Below, one piece after another: positions 28,983-37,675 of a stretch of 64,000 bases of DNA. A model generated the notes under the pieces. It saw only the letters and a program-made list of their open reading frames with translations, made no database searches and had not been told where the DNA came from. How positions within the stretch are numbered: position 1 is the first letter of the stretch; every line of letters begins with the position of its first letter. Source of the DNA: Deltaproteobacteria bacterium (GTDB taxonomy: Bacteria > Myxococcota_A > Polyangia > Fen-1088); the NCBI GenBank assembly GCA_033763315.1, contig JANRKS010000001.1, positions 96,001-160,000 of the forward strand, in the 5' to 3' direction. A program made the position numbers and the translations under genes.

Positions 28983-29429
28983 TCACGCCTTTGCGAGAGG
29001 GTTCCACACCCTGTCGAACCCCATCCCCTCGAAGTCTTTGACGTTCACGGTGGCGAACTGGGTCACACCCTGTGCGATCATGGTGAGCGCAGAGCGGGCA
29101 TCGTAAAGTTTTCGGAAGGCGAAAGTGGGGGCGCGAGCTTTGTTCCAAAGGGCATCGTGCAACGGACGGCTTTCAGTGGGAAAGCCAATCAGCCGCCATC
29201 GCGGGTGTTTTCGATACACCGCAATGACGTCGACCGCTTCACGCGCCGTCAACGGATGGTTAAGTACTGCCGGGTTACGAATCAACCCATAAAGCTCAGC
29301 CAAAATGAACTCGGAGATGGCCACGTTTTCCTCGATTTGAATCGACTTCAACCAGTTGTACGCGGCCTTGTGGCGGGGTGAATCTTGGTTGAAGGCGTAC
29401 AGGAGGATGTTGGTGTCAATCGAAAGCAT
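28983..29429 (-). CDS. vapC: VapC PIN-domain toxin
   Basis: IDTNILLYA, E, YDAR, ATVNVKDF. Confidence 0.9.
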   Translation of the reverse strand: MLSIDTNILLYAFNQDSPRHKAAYNWLKSIQIEENVAISEFILAELYGLIRNPAVLNHPLTAREAVDVIAVYRKHPRWRLIGFPTESRPLHDALWNKARAPTFAFRKLYDARSALTMIAQGVTQFATVNVKDFEGMGFDRVWNPLAKA

Positions 29430-29432
29430 CGG

Positions 29433-29702
29433 TCACTTTCGACGTTTTCGAGCCAAGGTGATTCCCGATGTGGTCAACTGGGCCTCGTCCTTGATTTGTG
29501 CGTCCGTGAGACCTTTCCACCCGAGGCGACGCGGTTGGGGTGGCTGCCACGTGAGGTCGTTTGTAGGTTCAGGACTGTAAACGCTGAGAATGTATTCGAT
29601 CCCCCGCCGCGCAAGTTCGGCAAGCGAAATCTCTCGGGCTTCGCAGAGCCTTTTCGCGCGTGCAAAGGTTTCATCAGGGAGCTGAATCTGCGTTCGCGTC
29701 AT
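29433..29702 (-). CDS. VapB-like ribbon-helix-helix antitoxin
   Basis: MTRTQIQLPD...ISLAELARRGIE immediately upstream of vapC. Confidence 0.85.
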   Translation of the reverse strand: MTRTQIQLPDETFARAKRLCEAREISLAELARRGIEYILSVYSPEPTNDLTWQPPQPRRLGWKGLTDAQIKDEAQLTTSGITLARKRRK

Positions 29703-29798
29703 GCCTACATTTTAACCGCATTTTTGCATGCCGTCAAAATGATGACACCGATGACTCTTTCTGCAGACTTTGGGGCTGCAACCTACGCAGTTGGCGCG

Positions 29799-31508
29799 CT
29801 AATTCGGTGGCAGCCTCACCAAGCGCCCGTCTTCAAGCCGCAATAACCGATCCACGTTGGCCAGCGTGTGAAGGCGATGCGCGACGATGAAGGCCGTGCG
29901 GCCTCGACATAAACCAGCGATCTCCGGCGCGAGTTCAGCCTCCGTTTCGTTGTCGAGCGCGCTTGTAGGTTCGTCTAACACCACAAACACTGGATCACGC
30001 AAAAACAGCCGGGCGAGCGCCACACGCTGACGTTCACCACCACTGAGCATAGCGCCGCGTTCGCCCACGGGTGTGTCGAGCCCCTGCGGCCGCGCATCCA
30101 AGAGCGTCGACAATCCCGCGCGGCGAGCGGCGGTTTCGATCTGCAACGTGGTTGCGTCGGGACGGCCCACGCGGATGTTGTCGCCGAGGCTTGCGTTCCA
30201 CAGGAAAGGCTCTTGGCCAAGCAGCGCCGTGCATTGGCGAATCGTTTTGCGGCCAAGCTCAGCCACATCAACGCCGTCGTAAAGAATGCGCCCACTTGTT
30301 GGCCGGTGAAACGCAACCAACAGATCAAGCAGCGTGCTTTTGCCGGCGCCACTTGGCCCCACGATGCCCACCGTTTCGCCGGGCTCGATCGTAAATGAGA
30401 TGTCGCGCAGCAACGTTCGTGGCTTGCCATCAACGGTGATCTCGAAGCTCACGTTCTCAAACACAACTTTGCCTTGCGGCCGCTTATCGGTTTTGGCGTC
30501 AACGAAGTCTTCCACTTCTTGTGCGTCCAACAAAGTTAAGAGCGCCTCGAAGCTTGGCCGTGCGGCCAACCATTGTTCAAAGCCATTCGTAAATGCCTGC
30601 ATGCCCGATTGCACGAAGCCGGTCAGCGCCATGAAGCCCACGAGTTCGCCTAAAGTCGATTGCCCCACCACGAACAACCAACCGCCCACACACCAAAGCA
30701 CAGGAGGCGCCAACTGCTGCACCATTTGCAAGCGCAGCGCCATACGCGTTGAAGCGATGCTTGCGCCCAACCCTGCATCGCGCATCGAATGAATACGCGT
30801 GGTGAGTGAAGCCGCGGCCGCCGCATCGTAACCCAAACTGCGCGCGGGCTTGATCGACATCAAGAACTCCGACATCGCTGCCGCGAAATCTTCGCCTTGC
30901 TCTTGCAAGTCCGCGTGCGCCTTGTTCACACGCGCGCGCAAGGCCGAAAGGGTGACAAACTGAAGCGCGAGCACGGCGATCGCGGTGGCGGCCAAAAATG
31001 GATTGAGCCACAAAAGATAGAGCGTGGTGGCAAGACCCAACACAACATTGGAAAACATATTGCCGGCAATAAACGACAAGAAGCTTTCCACTCGGTTGCT
31101 ATCAACGGTTAGTTGGTTTGATAAAGCACCCGGCCCCTTGCGCGCGAAGAATGTCAAAGACAACCGCTGCAGCTGTTCAACCACCTGGCAGCGCAGGCGT
31201 GCTGTTGTGGATCGCGACAGGCGCTGGCTGGCGGCGAAGGCATGCAAAGTGAACGACGCATGCACAAACCACAGGGCTGCGTTGCCCGCGACGTAGACGG
31301 CCATCCACTTAAGCACTTGCGTGTGGCCAAGCGTGGTGGCGCGACCAAGCACACGGTCAACGAACCACGTGACTCCCGCGGCGAAGGGCATGTATGTGAG
31401 CGCTTGGCCCAACTGCAACGCGGCGGCTGCGATCAAGGCGCGCCGATTTACGCACAGCAGGGCGAACAGGCGTTGCAGGGGGGTGGGCGATTTTTTAATG
31501 ACGGTCAC
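29799..31508 (-). CDS. ABC exporter, fused permease and ATPase
   Basis: TM domain + GPSGAGKS, LSGGERQR, LDEPTS, AHRL. Confidence 0.92.
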   Translation of the reverse strand: MTVIKKSPTPLQRLFALLCVNRRALIAAAALQLGQALTYMPFAAGVTWFVDRVLGRATTLGHTQVLKWMAVYVAGNAALWFVHASFTLHAFAASQRLSRSTTARLRCQVVEQLQRLSLTFFARKGPGALSNQLTVDSNRVESFLSFIAGNMFSNVVLGLATTLYLLWLNPFLAATAIAVLALQFVTLSALRARVNKAHADLQEQGEDFAAAMSEFLMSIKPARSLGYDAAAAASLTTRIHSMRDAGLGASIASTRMALRLQMVQQLAPPVLWCVGGWLFVVGQSTLGELVGFMALTGFVQSGMQAFTNGFEQWLAARPSFEALLTLLDAQEVEDFVDAKTDKRPQGKVVFENVSFEITVDGKPRTLLRDISFTIEPGETVGIVGPSGAGKSTLLDLLVAFHRPTSGRILYDGVDVAELGRKTIRQCTALLGQEPFLWNASLGDNIRVGRPDATTLQIETAARRAGLSTLLDARPQGLDTPVGERGAMLSGGERQRVALARLFLRDPVFVVLDEPTSALDNETEAELAPEIAGLCRGRTAFIVAHRLHTLANVDRLLRLEDGRLVRLPPN

Positions 31509-31514
31509 GTTGCC

Positions 31515-31535
31515 TTAGTCTTTCAAATAGACTAA
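31515..31535. promoter_or_regulatory. inverted-repeat operator of the Phd-VapC operon
   Basis: TTAGTCT-N7-AGACTAA just upstream of the antitoxin ATG. Confidence 0.6.
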
Positions 31536-31544
31536 CCTTTTAGG

Positions 31545-31766
31545 ATGGTCACGAAGGCGAATATCCACGAGGCGAAAACGCATTTTTCGAAATTGTTGGA
31601 GAAAGCTCACAACGGCGAGGAAGTGATCGTCGCCAAAGACGGAAAGCCCTACGTACGGCTCGTTCCCATAAGTGGCACGGCAGATCGAACACCAGGCGCA
31701 CTGAAAGGGCTGATACACGGTGACGTTTTGGGTGGAGTGGGCGCCGACAACGAGGATTGGGGTTAA
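31545..31766 (+). CDS. Phd/YefM-family antitoxin
   Basis: NIHEAKTHFSKLLEKAHNGEEVIVAKDGKP. Confidence 0.92.
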   Translation: MVTKANIHEAKTHFSKLLEKAHNGEEVIVAKDGKPYVRLVPISGTADRTPGALKGLIHGDVLGGVGADNEDWG

Positions 31767-32158
31767 TGCCTGCGGAACACCTTCTGGATACATGCGCCCT
31801 ATTGTGGTGGATGGCGGATGCGCCCGAGCTCGGCAAAGGAGCGCGGCGACTTATAGGGAATCCGAAGAATCGCATTTTGATTTCAGTGGCTAGCCTTTGG
31901 GAGATAGCTATCAAGTCCCGCAAAGGCACCCTGAGCGGCGTGGAAAGTTATCTTGGTCGATACGATGAGCTACACGATAAATGGGGCTTCCATCTATTGG
32001 CGATCGAGCCTCAAGATGCCGTGGCAGCGGGGTTGCTCGATGTTCCTCACAGCGATCCAATCGATCGAATGTTGATCGTCCAGTCACATCGGGTTCGTGC
32101 GCCAATTGTGACCTGCGATGCGGCCATAACTAAGTTTGCTCTGGCCACGGTCTGGTAG
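31766..32158 (+). CDS. vapC: VapC PIN-domain toxin
   Basis: LLDTCALLW, SLWEIAIK, HSDPIDRMLIVQ, IVTCD; TAATG coupling. Confidence 0.92.
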   Translation: MPAEHLLDTCALLWWMADAPELGKGARRLIGNPKNRILISVASLWEIAIKSRKGTLSGVESYLGRYDELHDKWGFHLLAIEPQDAVAAGLLDVPHSDPIDRMLIVQSHRVRAPIVTCDAAITKFALATVW

Positions 32159-32164
32159 TTGACC

Positions 32165-32392
32165 TCAAGTGCGATCACGAAGTTTGGCTCCCGCTCGGTC
32201 CATCTCTTTCGCAAGCTCAAGCGCTCTCATGAATACCTCCCACCGCTGTGCCGGCGTGCGCGCCAGATTCTGCGCCAACAGCGTTCGATCCACGTGCTTC
32301 TTGTAGGCTTCGATTACGGGGTCGGGCTCCAGGCCGTGACGGCGCAAAATCGCTGCGTCTGGATATTCAACCGGTTCATCCTCGGAAGGCAT
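32165..32392 (-). CDS. orphan small protein (nucleotidyltransferase-partner type)
   Basis: DPVIEAYKKHVDRTLLAQNLARTPAQR motif; expected downstream NTase is absent. Confidence 0.65.
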   Translation of the reverse strand: MPSEDEPVEYPDAAILRRHGLEPDPVIEAYKKHVDRTLLAQNLARTPAQRWEVFMRALELAKEMDRAGAKLRDRT

Positions 32393-32428
32393 CACGTTCA
32401 AGCGTACCCTGCTGTAAGTCCTATTGCT

Positions 32429-32809
32429 TCAAGTCGTCAGCAACAACGCTCGCGTTCCTGCTGTTTCGAGCAGTTGACGCAGGTCATCTGGGTCGCTCGT
32501 AATCAGCGTATCGCCATCTTTAACCAAACCTGACAACAGCGCATCGACCACGTCGGTAGAACCCGTGCGCGCCAAAAGCGCGCCAGCGCGGCGGGCGGCG
32601 GCTTCGTCTGGGGCATTGACATTGGTGGCAGCAAGCAACCTCGCAATCAGCACTTGCCGCGAGCCACCGCGCCAAACCTGCGCCACAACCGGCGCTGAAG
32701 TCACGACATCCATGCCCATTCTTCGAGCGGCCTCGAGCCGAGCCCGCAACAAGACGTCTCCACGCTCGAAGGCAATAAAAGCTCCAGCGTCGAGAACCAT
32801 CCGACTCAT
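32429..32809 (-). CDS. PIN-domain toxin
   Basis: VLDAGAFIA, VVAQVW, DVVDA, ITSDPDDL. Confidence 0.85.
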   Translation of the reverse strand: MSRMVLDAGAFIAFERGDVLLRARLEAARRMGMDVVTSAPVVAQVWRGGSRQVLIARLLAATNVNAPDEAAARRAGALLARTGSTDVVDALLSGLVKDGDTLITSDPDDLRQLLETAGTRALLLTT

Positions 32810-33066
32810 GGTTTGCGGCGCCTTGGCTTGGAGCCCTTGGTCTTGCCGGAAAGTTCAGATTGAGCCTGAACCACAAGCTCCTCGTCCAGTGCACCAAAGC
32901 GAAGGTCTGCTTCGGCCAGCGCTCGCTCAAGAGCTGCCATGCGAATCTCGTGGCCAATCGCTTGTGCAACGATGGTGGAAACGGTGGTTCCTCTTGCCTC
33001 GGCCAGTGCACGCAACGCCGCGCCGACGCCGGCCGGTACCGTTACACTTAGACGATCTACGCTCAT
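32806..33066 (-). CDS. CopG/RHH-type antitoxin
   Basis: RLSVTVP...GTTVSTIVAQAI; ATGA overlap with the PIN gene; GTATG-G-CATAC palindrome upstream. Confidence 0.8.
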   Translation of the reverse strand: MSVDRLSVTVPAGVGAALRALAEARGTTVSTIVAQAIGHEIRMAALERALAEADLRFGALDEELVVQAQSELSGKTKGSKPRRRKP

Positions 33067-33283
33067 GCCACTCCAGTATGGCATACGCGAATATTATTCA
33101 AACATCCAAGCGCCCCCCTGGAGGATCAGAGATACCCTGCACTGACCGTCTCGAATCGGCACGCAGTGCGTCGCCTAAGCGGTTATGGACTGTCTTTTGG
33201 ATGTCCTTTGGATACACTCAGCTTTCGCCTATACCTAAATGCGCCTTTTAATGAGGTGCCCTGGCCAGCCTTCGGAGGAATCC

Positions 33284-34471
33284 ATGAAGTTCACTACCCT
33301 AAATAAGAACGTTGCTATTTTCGCTGTTTCGGCCCTTTTCGCCGGTGTTTACGCCTGTGGAGGCGGAGGCGGAGGCGGTTCCGGAGGCAGCGGTGGCGAT
33401 TCCGGGGGAGCCGGCGGCGAAGCTGGCGACGACGGCAGTTCAGGTGGCAAGGGCGGCACCGCCTCAGGCGGCAAGGGCGGCAGTGGCGGTAAAGGGGGCA
33501 GCGGCAGTGGTGGCACCGGCGGCGATGCTGGCAGCGGCAACGGGGGAAGCGGCGGCGCGATGGGTGGTTCGCCTGGCACGGGTGGGTCGGTTACCCCTGG
33601 AGACGCTCCGGCTTTCTGTAAGGACAACAAGTTTTGGGTGGGATCGACGGACGGTATCCACGACCAGGTTGCCTTGAATTCATCGACCGGTGGCAACCCG
33701 GTTACGGCTGGTGCGCCCACGGGCAAAACAGAAACGGCTGACGGATTCTCCGGCGTCTGGGTTCCCGCTCAGTACGAGCAAGCTGCTGCTGGCAGCGTGG
33801 CGGTCGTCATCCTCGGTGGTGGATATACGGTCGACATTCTCAATGCAGCGTCCACCTATGCTCGGGTGTTGATCCACAACAAGCTAATGCCTGTCACCAT
33901 CCTTGCAAGACCGACGGTGACGAGCCCTGCGGCTTTCAAGAGCAACATCGCCGCCATGATCAATACGCTCAAAACCAAGTACAGCAAACTCTCTTCCGAC
34001 CCGAAGATGAGGGCAGTCTCGGGTCAAAGTACAACGGGCGCCGAAGCCTTTGACGTGGTTTGGGACAATCCCACCATAGTGGGCGGTGTCATCGGGCACA
34101 GTGCCAGCTTCGCTGGTTTTATGGCCAAGTACCCCTATGATGAGATGATCAAGGGTGCGGCAAAGAAAGACATCCGAGTGTCTCTTCTGGTCGGCAACTG
34201 CGACATCTTCAAGTCATTGGCTGACCGCATCACTGCTGGTTGCCCCTCCGGATCGGACGCTGGTGCTGTAGATGCCTACCAGGCGGTGCCAACGACATGG
34301 TTGGAAACTAACACGGCAGTTGCCAATGAACTCAAAGCGAAAGGTACACCCAACCAACTCCTCATTACCGGAACCAAAGAGATGCCCAAAGGCCACGAGA
34401 CAGGAAACTGGACCTCTCAGCTCTACAACCAGTTCCGTTGGATTTTCCGCCACAACATCTGCGGGTCGTGA
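33284..34471 (+). CDS. lipoprotein with Gly/Ser linker and Fes-like alpha/beta-hydrolase domain
   Basis: GGAGG SD; lipobox VYAC; poly-G linker; VWVPAQY, RAVSGQSTTG..AF.V.W..P, HSASF, GHE. Confidence 0.75.
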   Translation: MKFTTLNKNVAIFAVSALFAGVYACGGGGGGGSGGSGGDSGGAGGEAGDDGSSGGKGGTASGGKGGSGGKGGSGSGGTGGDAGSGNGGSGGAMGGSPGTGGSVTPGDAPAFCKDNKFWVGSTDGIHDQVALNSSTGGNPVTAGAPTGKTETADGFSGVWVPAQYEQAAAGSVAVVILGGGYTVDILNAASTYARVLIHNKLMPVTILARPTVTSPAAFKSNIAAMINTLKTKYSKLSSDPKMRAVSGQSTTGAEAFDVVWDNPTIVGGVIGHSASFAGFMAKYPYDEMIKGAAKKDIRVSLLVGNCDIFKSLADRITAGCPSGSDAGAVDAYQAVPTTWLETNTAVANELKAKGTPNQLLITGTKEMPKGHETGNWTSQLYNQFRWIFRHNICGS

Positions 34472-34551
34472 TCGGGGGGCGAGTTCCCAACGGCTCGACG
34501 AAGCCGGCTGCTCCGTCTTCCGCGAACGACCTAGCCGTAACTTACGGCGGT

Positions 34552-34586
34552 TCAATGTTGGGCCAAGTAACATGGCCCAACATTGA
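34552..34586. terminator. perfect 14-bp inverted repeat between convergent genes
   Basis: TCAATGTTGGGCCA-AGTAACA-TGGCCCAACATTGA. Confidence 0.55.
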
Positions 34587-34609
34587 TTCGGGACCTGACG
34601 TTCCGTATT

Positions 34610-36700
34610 TCAACGACAGAGCTGAACCTTGGTCACACAGTCCGACAACACGCCGTCATCACAAACGCACCTAGTTGCCTGTTGCCCGCACGCCGGCAAG
34701 GGTTCCAGTTTACTCCAGAGGCCTGCGTAGCCGTTCAAAGTGCAGTGCTCTTCCATCGCGGAGCACGGCGAGACTGAGCATTTTTTGCAGTAAGCTGTGG
34801 TGCATTCCGAAATCGGTGTTTTCTCTGGCCCATTGCTGCAGTTCCAATCGAAGCTCCCGCACTTGTTGGGCACATCCATGAACAAAATCTTGAGTTGAAC
34901 ATCCCGGTAGGAAGCTGGATCGATATCGCAGCAGTCACTGCCGATGGTGACGTAGCCAGAAGGGGACGAAGTCCCGCAAAAACTTTCGCCGACCAATGCT
35001 CCCTGTCCATCTCCGTCTTGGTCGCGGTAAAAAGTTGTGCATTGACCGCTGATACAATCACCGGGTGCGCTGCACGGCTGCCCATTCTTTGCGAGACACG
35101 CGCCTGCAGGCGAACAGCTCTTCGTCCCACTACACGTGCCCGGATCCTCTGCATTCGTAACGGGCTTGCACGTGCCGGTGCTGCACTCCAAACAGCTGCC
35201 ACTGCACGCTTGGTTGCAACACTTGCCGTCCGCGCAGAAGTTGCTGCCGCACTCGCCTGGCCGGCCGCACATCGCAGCTGCACCTTTTTTAGGTTTGCAT
35301 GTGTTGCCGTCGCAGTAAGCGCCCGCGGCGCAATCACCGTCCGCCCCGCAGGTTAATTTGCACTGCTTCGTTGCAGCGTCGCACTTTCCGGGCACGCAGT
35401 CAGTTGTCATCGCCGCCAAGCAGGTGCCAGCTCCATCGCATTTTCGGGCGGCCGTTTGCGTGGTGCCCGTGCACATTTGAGCAGCGCAATCCGTTCCCGC
35501 TGCAAAGAATTCGCATTGCCGCGCGCCATCGCAGCGGCCTGTGGTTCCGCAGCTGCTGGCCGATTGCACCGTGCACTCAGCCTGGATACCTTTGCTTGCA
35601 GGAATCGGTATGCACTCGCCGTTGTTGCCGCCGGTGATGTTCGCGCTGCAGGCTTCACAAACGCCGTCGCATTTTGAGCCGCAACATACGCCATCGATGC
35701 AAAAGCCAGGGCTCGTGCATTCGCTGTTGCCATTGCACGAATCACCAAGTGCCCGCTTGCCGCCGCATTTGCCGTTGATGCACTGGACGCCGGCCGAGCA
35801 GTCGTTGTTGCCGACGCATCCCGTTTTGCATCCTTGCGGCGTGCAGGCGTATTCGCCGCACTTGCTTGGTGACGCCGCTTGGCAGCTGCCTGTGCCATTG
35901 CACTTTTGTGCAGGCACGTAGTCGCCGCCGGTGCACGTGGCCGCCACACACTCGTTTGTGCTGTCCCAGAAGCTGCATTTACCTGCGCCATTGCACATGC
36001 CCGTTGTGCCGCAGGTCTTCGCGTCCTTCGTCTCGCATTTGGCATGCGCAACACCTGACTTCGTCGGAGCGCACTGCCCCGTTGTGCTTCCTGTCTTGTC
36101 AAAAGTACACGCCATGCACACGCCATCACACGTGTTATCACAGCACACGCCATCAGCGCAGTGGCCCTCGGTGCATTGATCGTCGCGCACACACGCTTCG
36201 CCGCGAGATAATCCTGTAGCGGTTGGATCCGCGTCTGGCCCCATCGGTTGCGAACCGTCGTGCTCCTCGACTGCGCCACCGTCGCCTTCGTTGACCGAAA
36301 CCGGAGCATCCGGGTTGTCTGCCCTAGGGTCTAAATCGATATCGAACTTCGTGCAGCCTTCGTCCAAGGTGACGTTGACCGCACGGTCTTTGGCCAACAC
36401 CATGTCTCCGGCGCGAGCGCTTACAAGCGCCTTGATGACCCCGCCCTGCTGGTAGCCCGACACGTTGACCTCCACCTTGTAGGCGCCTGGGCAAGCCAAC
36501 GAAAAGTTGGTGCTTCGCTTCTGCCCCGCTAGCCCTTCCAGATCAACGGTGCCCGTGATGTTGTCGAGGGCGGCAGCGCAACTGAAGCTCAACAAAACCG
36601 TGCCAGGGTTGCAGGTGCGGACTTCTGCGTCCTTTGAGCAGCCTGCGGCCACAAGACACAAAAACAAACCAAGCAAAGCGATATTCTTGAGTGTCGTCAT
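34610..36700 (-). CDS. Cys-rich repeat lipoprotein (myxobacterial type)
   Basis: Lipobox AAGC; repeated CxDGVCCxxxCxGxCxAC units; FYRDQDGDG..DCCD metal-binding-like motif. Confidence 0.85.
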   Translation of the reverse strand: MTTLKNIALLGLFLCLVAAGCSKDAEVRTCNPGTVLLSFSCAAALDNITGTVDLEGLAGQKRSTNFSLACPGAYKVEVNVSGYQQGGVIKALVSARAGDMVLAKDRAVNVTLDEGCTKFDIDLDPRADNPDAPVSVNEGDGGAVEEHDGSQPMGPDADPTATGLSRGEACVRDDQCTEGHCADGVCCDNTCDGVCMACTFDKTGSTTGQCAPTKSGVAHAKCETKDAKTCGTTGMCNGAGKCSFWDSTNECVAATCTGGDYVPAQKCNGTGSCQAASPSKCGEYACTPQGCKTGCVGNNDCSAGVQCINGKCGGKRALGDSCNGNSECTSPGFCIDGVCCGSKCDGVCEACSANITGGNNGECIPIPASKGIQAECTVQSASSCGTTGRCDGARQCEFFAAGTDCAAQMCTGTTQTAARKCDGAGTCLAAMTTDCVPGKCDAATKQCKLTCGADGDCAAGAYCDGNTCKPKKGAAAMCGRPGECGSNFCADGKCCNQACSGSCLECSTGTCKPVTNAEDPGTCSGTKSCSPAGACLAKNGQPCSAPGDCISGQCTTFYRDQDGDGQGALVGESFCGTSSPSGYVTIGSDCCDIDPASYRDVQLKILFMDVPNKCGSFDWNCSNGPEKTPISECTTAYCKKCSVSPCSAMEEHCTLNGYAGLWSKLEPLPACGQQATRCVCDDGVLSDCVTKVQLCR

Positions 36701-36710
36701 CTCTCACCAA

Positions 36711-36754
36711 TTGAAGCAGTGCGCCTGGTATCTTATCCGCCACTTGCGCCATGT
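36711..36754 (+). repeat. 44-bp direct repeat C, copy 1
   Basis: TTGAAGCAGTGCGCCTGGTATCTTATCCGCCACTTGCGCCATGT; 42/44 identical to 37632-37675. Confidence 0.9.
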
Positions 36755-36882
36755 CTAGCGGCGTCAGTCCGTTCCGCCGCGCAAGGAACCGATCGTGCGT
36801 GAAATGGAACTGCCCTGCGCGTGAAATCTCTCGGCCAGCGCATCAGAATGCCTATTTGATGTTTTGATGCTAAATTGAACAA

Positions 36883-37122
36883 ATGCGAACAACGCTGGCC
36901 ATCGATGACGATGTTTTTGCCGTGGCGCGTCAAAAAGCTCAGCGGGAGCACATCTCTGTTGGCGCGGCACTATCCCAGCTGGCGCGTGAAGGTATTCGAA
37001 ACCAGCATGCTGCGTTGTCGAAGATGAAGGCACCCAAAAGCAAGTTCGCGCTTTTGCCAGCCCGCGATGAAACCATCACCACCGAACACGTACGTAGCCT
37101 AATGGATCAGGAAGGTATCTAA
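36883..37122 (+). CDS. VapB-type antitoxin
   Basis: MRTTLAIDDDV...ISVGAALSQLAREG...ITTEHVRSL. Confidence 0.9.
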   Translation: MRTTLAIDDDVFAVARQKAQREHISVGAALSQLAREGIRNQHAALSKMKAPKSKFALLPARDETITTEHVRSLMDQEGI

Positions 37123-37123
37123 G

Positions 37124-37555
37124 GTGCGCCACCTGTTGGACGTTAACGTTTGGGTCGCGCTGCTTGATGAGGCGCACGTTCATCACGCGTTAGCTCTAGC
37201 ATTCATCGAGAAACCAAGCTTGAGGATCGCCACGTGCCCTCTAGTTGAAAACGGCGTGGTCCGCGTGCTGAATCTGCCCGGATATAGTGTCTACGGGCCG
37301 GTGGGATTTGAGCGTGTTCGCAGCAAGCTTAACGAGATTTGTGCTGCTTATGATCATGAATTTTGGCCTGACAGTGTGTCGCTGCGTGATGAGCGCGTGT
37401 TCAACTGGTCCAGGATTTCGGGGCACAATCAAATCACTGATGCTTATATCTTGGCTCTTGCCGTGGCCCATGATGGTTGCCTCGTAACTCTCGATCATCG
37501 AGTGGCGCTCAGCACTGTGATTCCGGCCAGTTCTAAGAATTTGCTGTTGCTTTGA
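37124..37555 (+). CDS. vapC: VapC PIN-domain toxin
   Basis: LLDVNVWVAL, CPLVENG, QITDAYILALA, VTLD. Confidence 0.92.
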   Translation: MRHLLDVNVWVALLDEAHVHHALALAFIEKPSLRIATCPLVENGVVRVLNLPGYSVYGPVGFERVRSKLNEICAAYDHEFWPDSVSLRDERVFNWSRISGHNQITDAYILALAVAHDGCLVTLDHRVALSTVIPASSKNLLLL

Positions 37556-37631
37556 GCGTGGCGTCTCTGTCCGCGGATGAAGCGGTGCGCCCACTCTGGG
37601 CGTAACACCAGCCTCGTTTTTTTTTCGCCGT

Positions 37632-37675
37632 TTGGAGCAGTGCGCCTGGTATCTTACCCGCCACTTGCGCCATGT
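37632..37675 (+). repeat. 44-bp direct repeat C, copy 2 (contains start codon of the PEGA gene)
   Basis: TTGGAGCAGTGCGCCTGGTATCTTACCCGCCACTTGCGCCATGT. Confidence 0.9.

Noticed and set aside
32110-32200. AITKF similarity between the VapC end and the following + strand sequence
   Set aside because: Short, gapped, and explained by the opposite-strand gene; likely chance
33355-33600. GGC/GGT-rich repeats resembling a tandem array
   Set aside because: In-frame Gly/Ser linker of a lipoprotein; no repeat-spacer periodicity, so not CRISPR
34950-36220. Repeated TGC-rich units
   Set aside because: Protein-level Cys-rich repeats; no near-identical template/variable pair and no reverse transcriptase, so not a DGR
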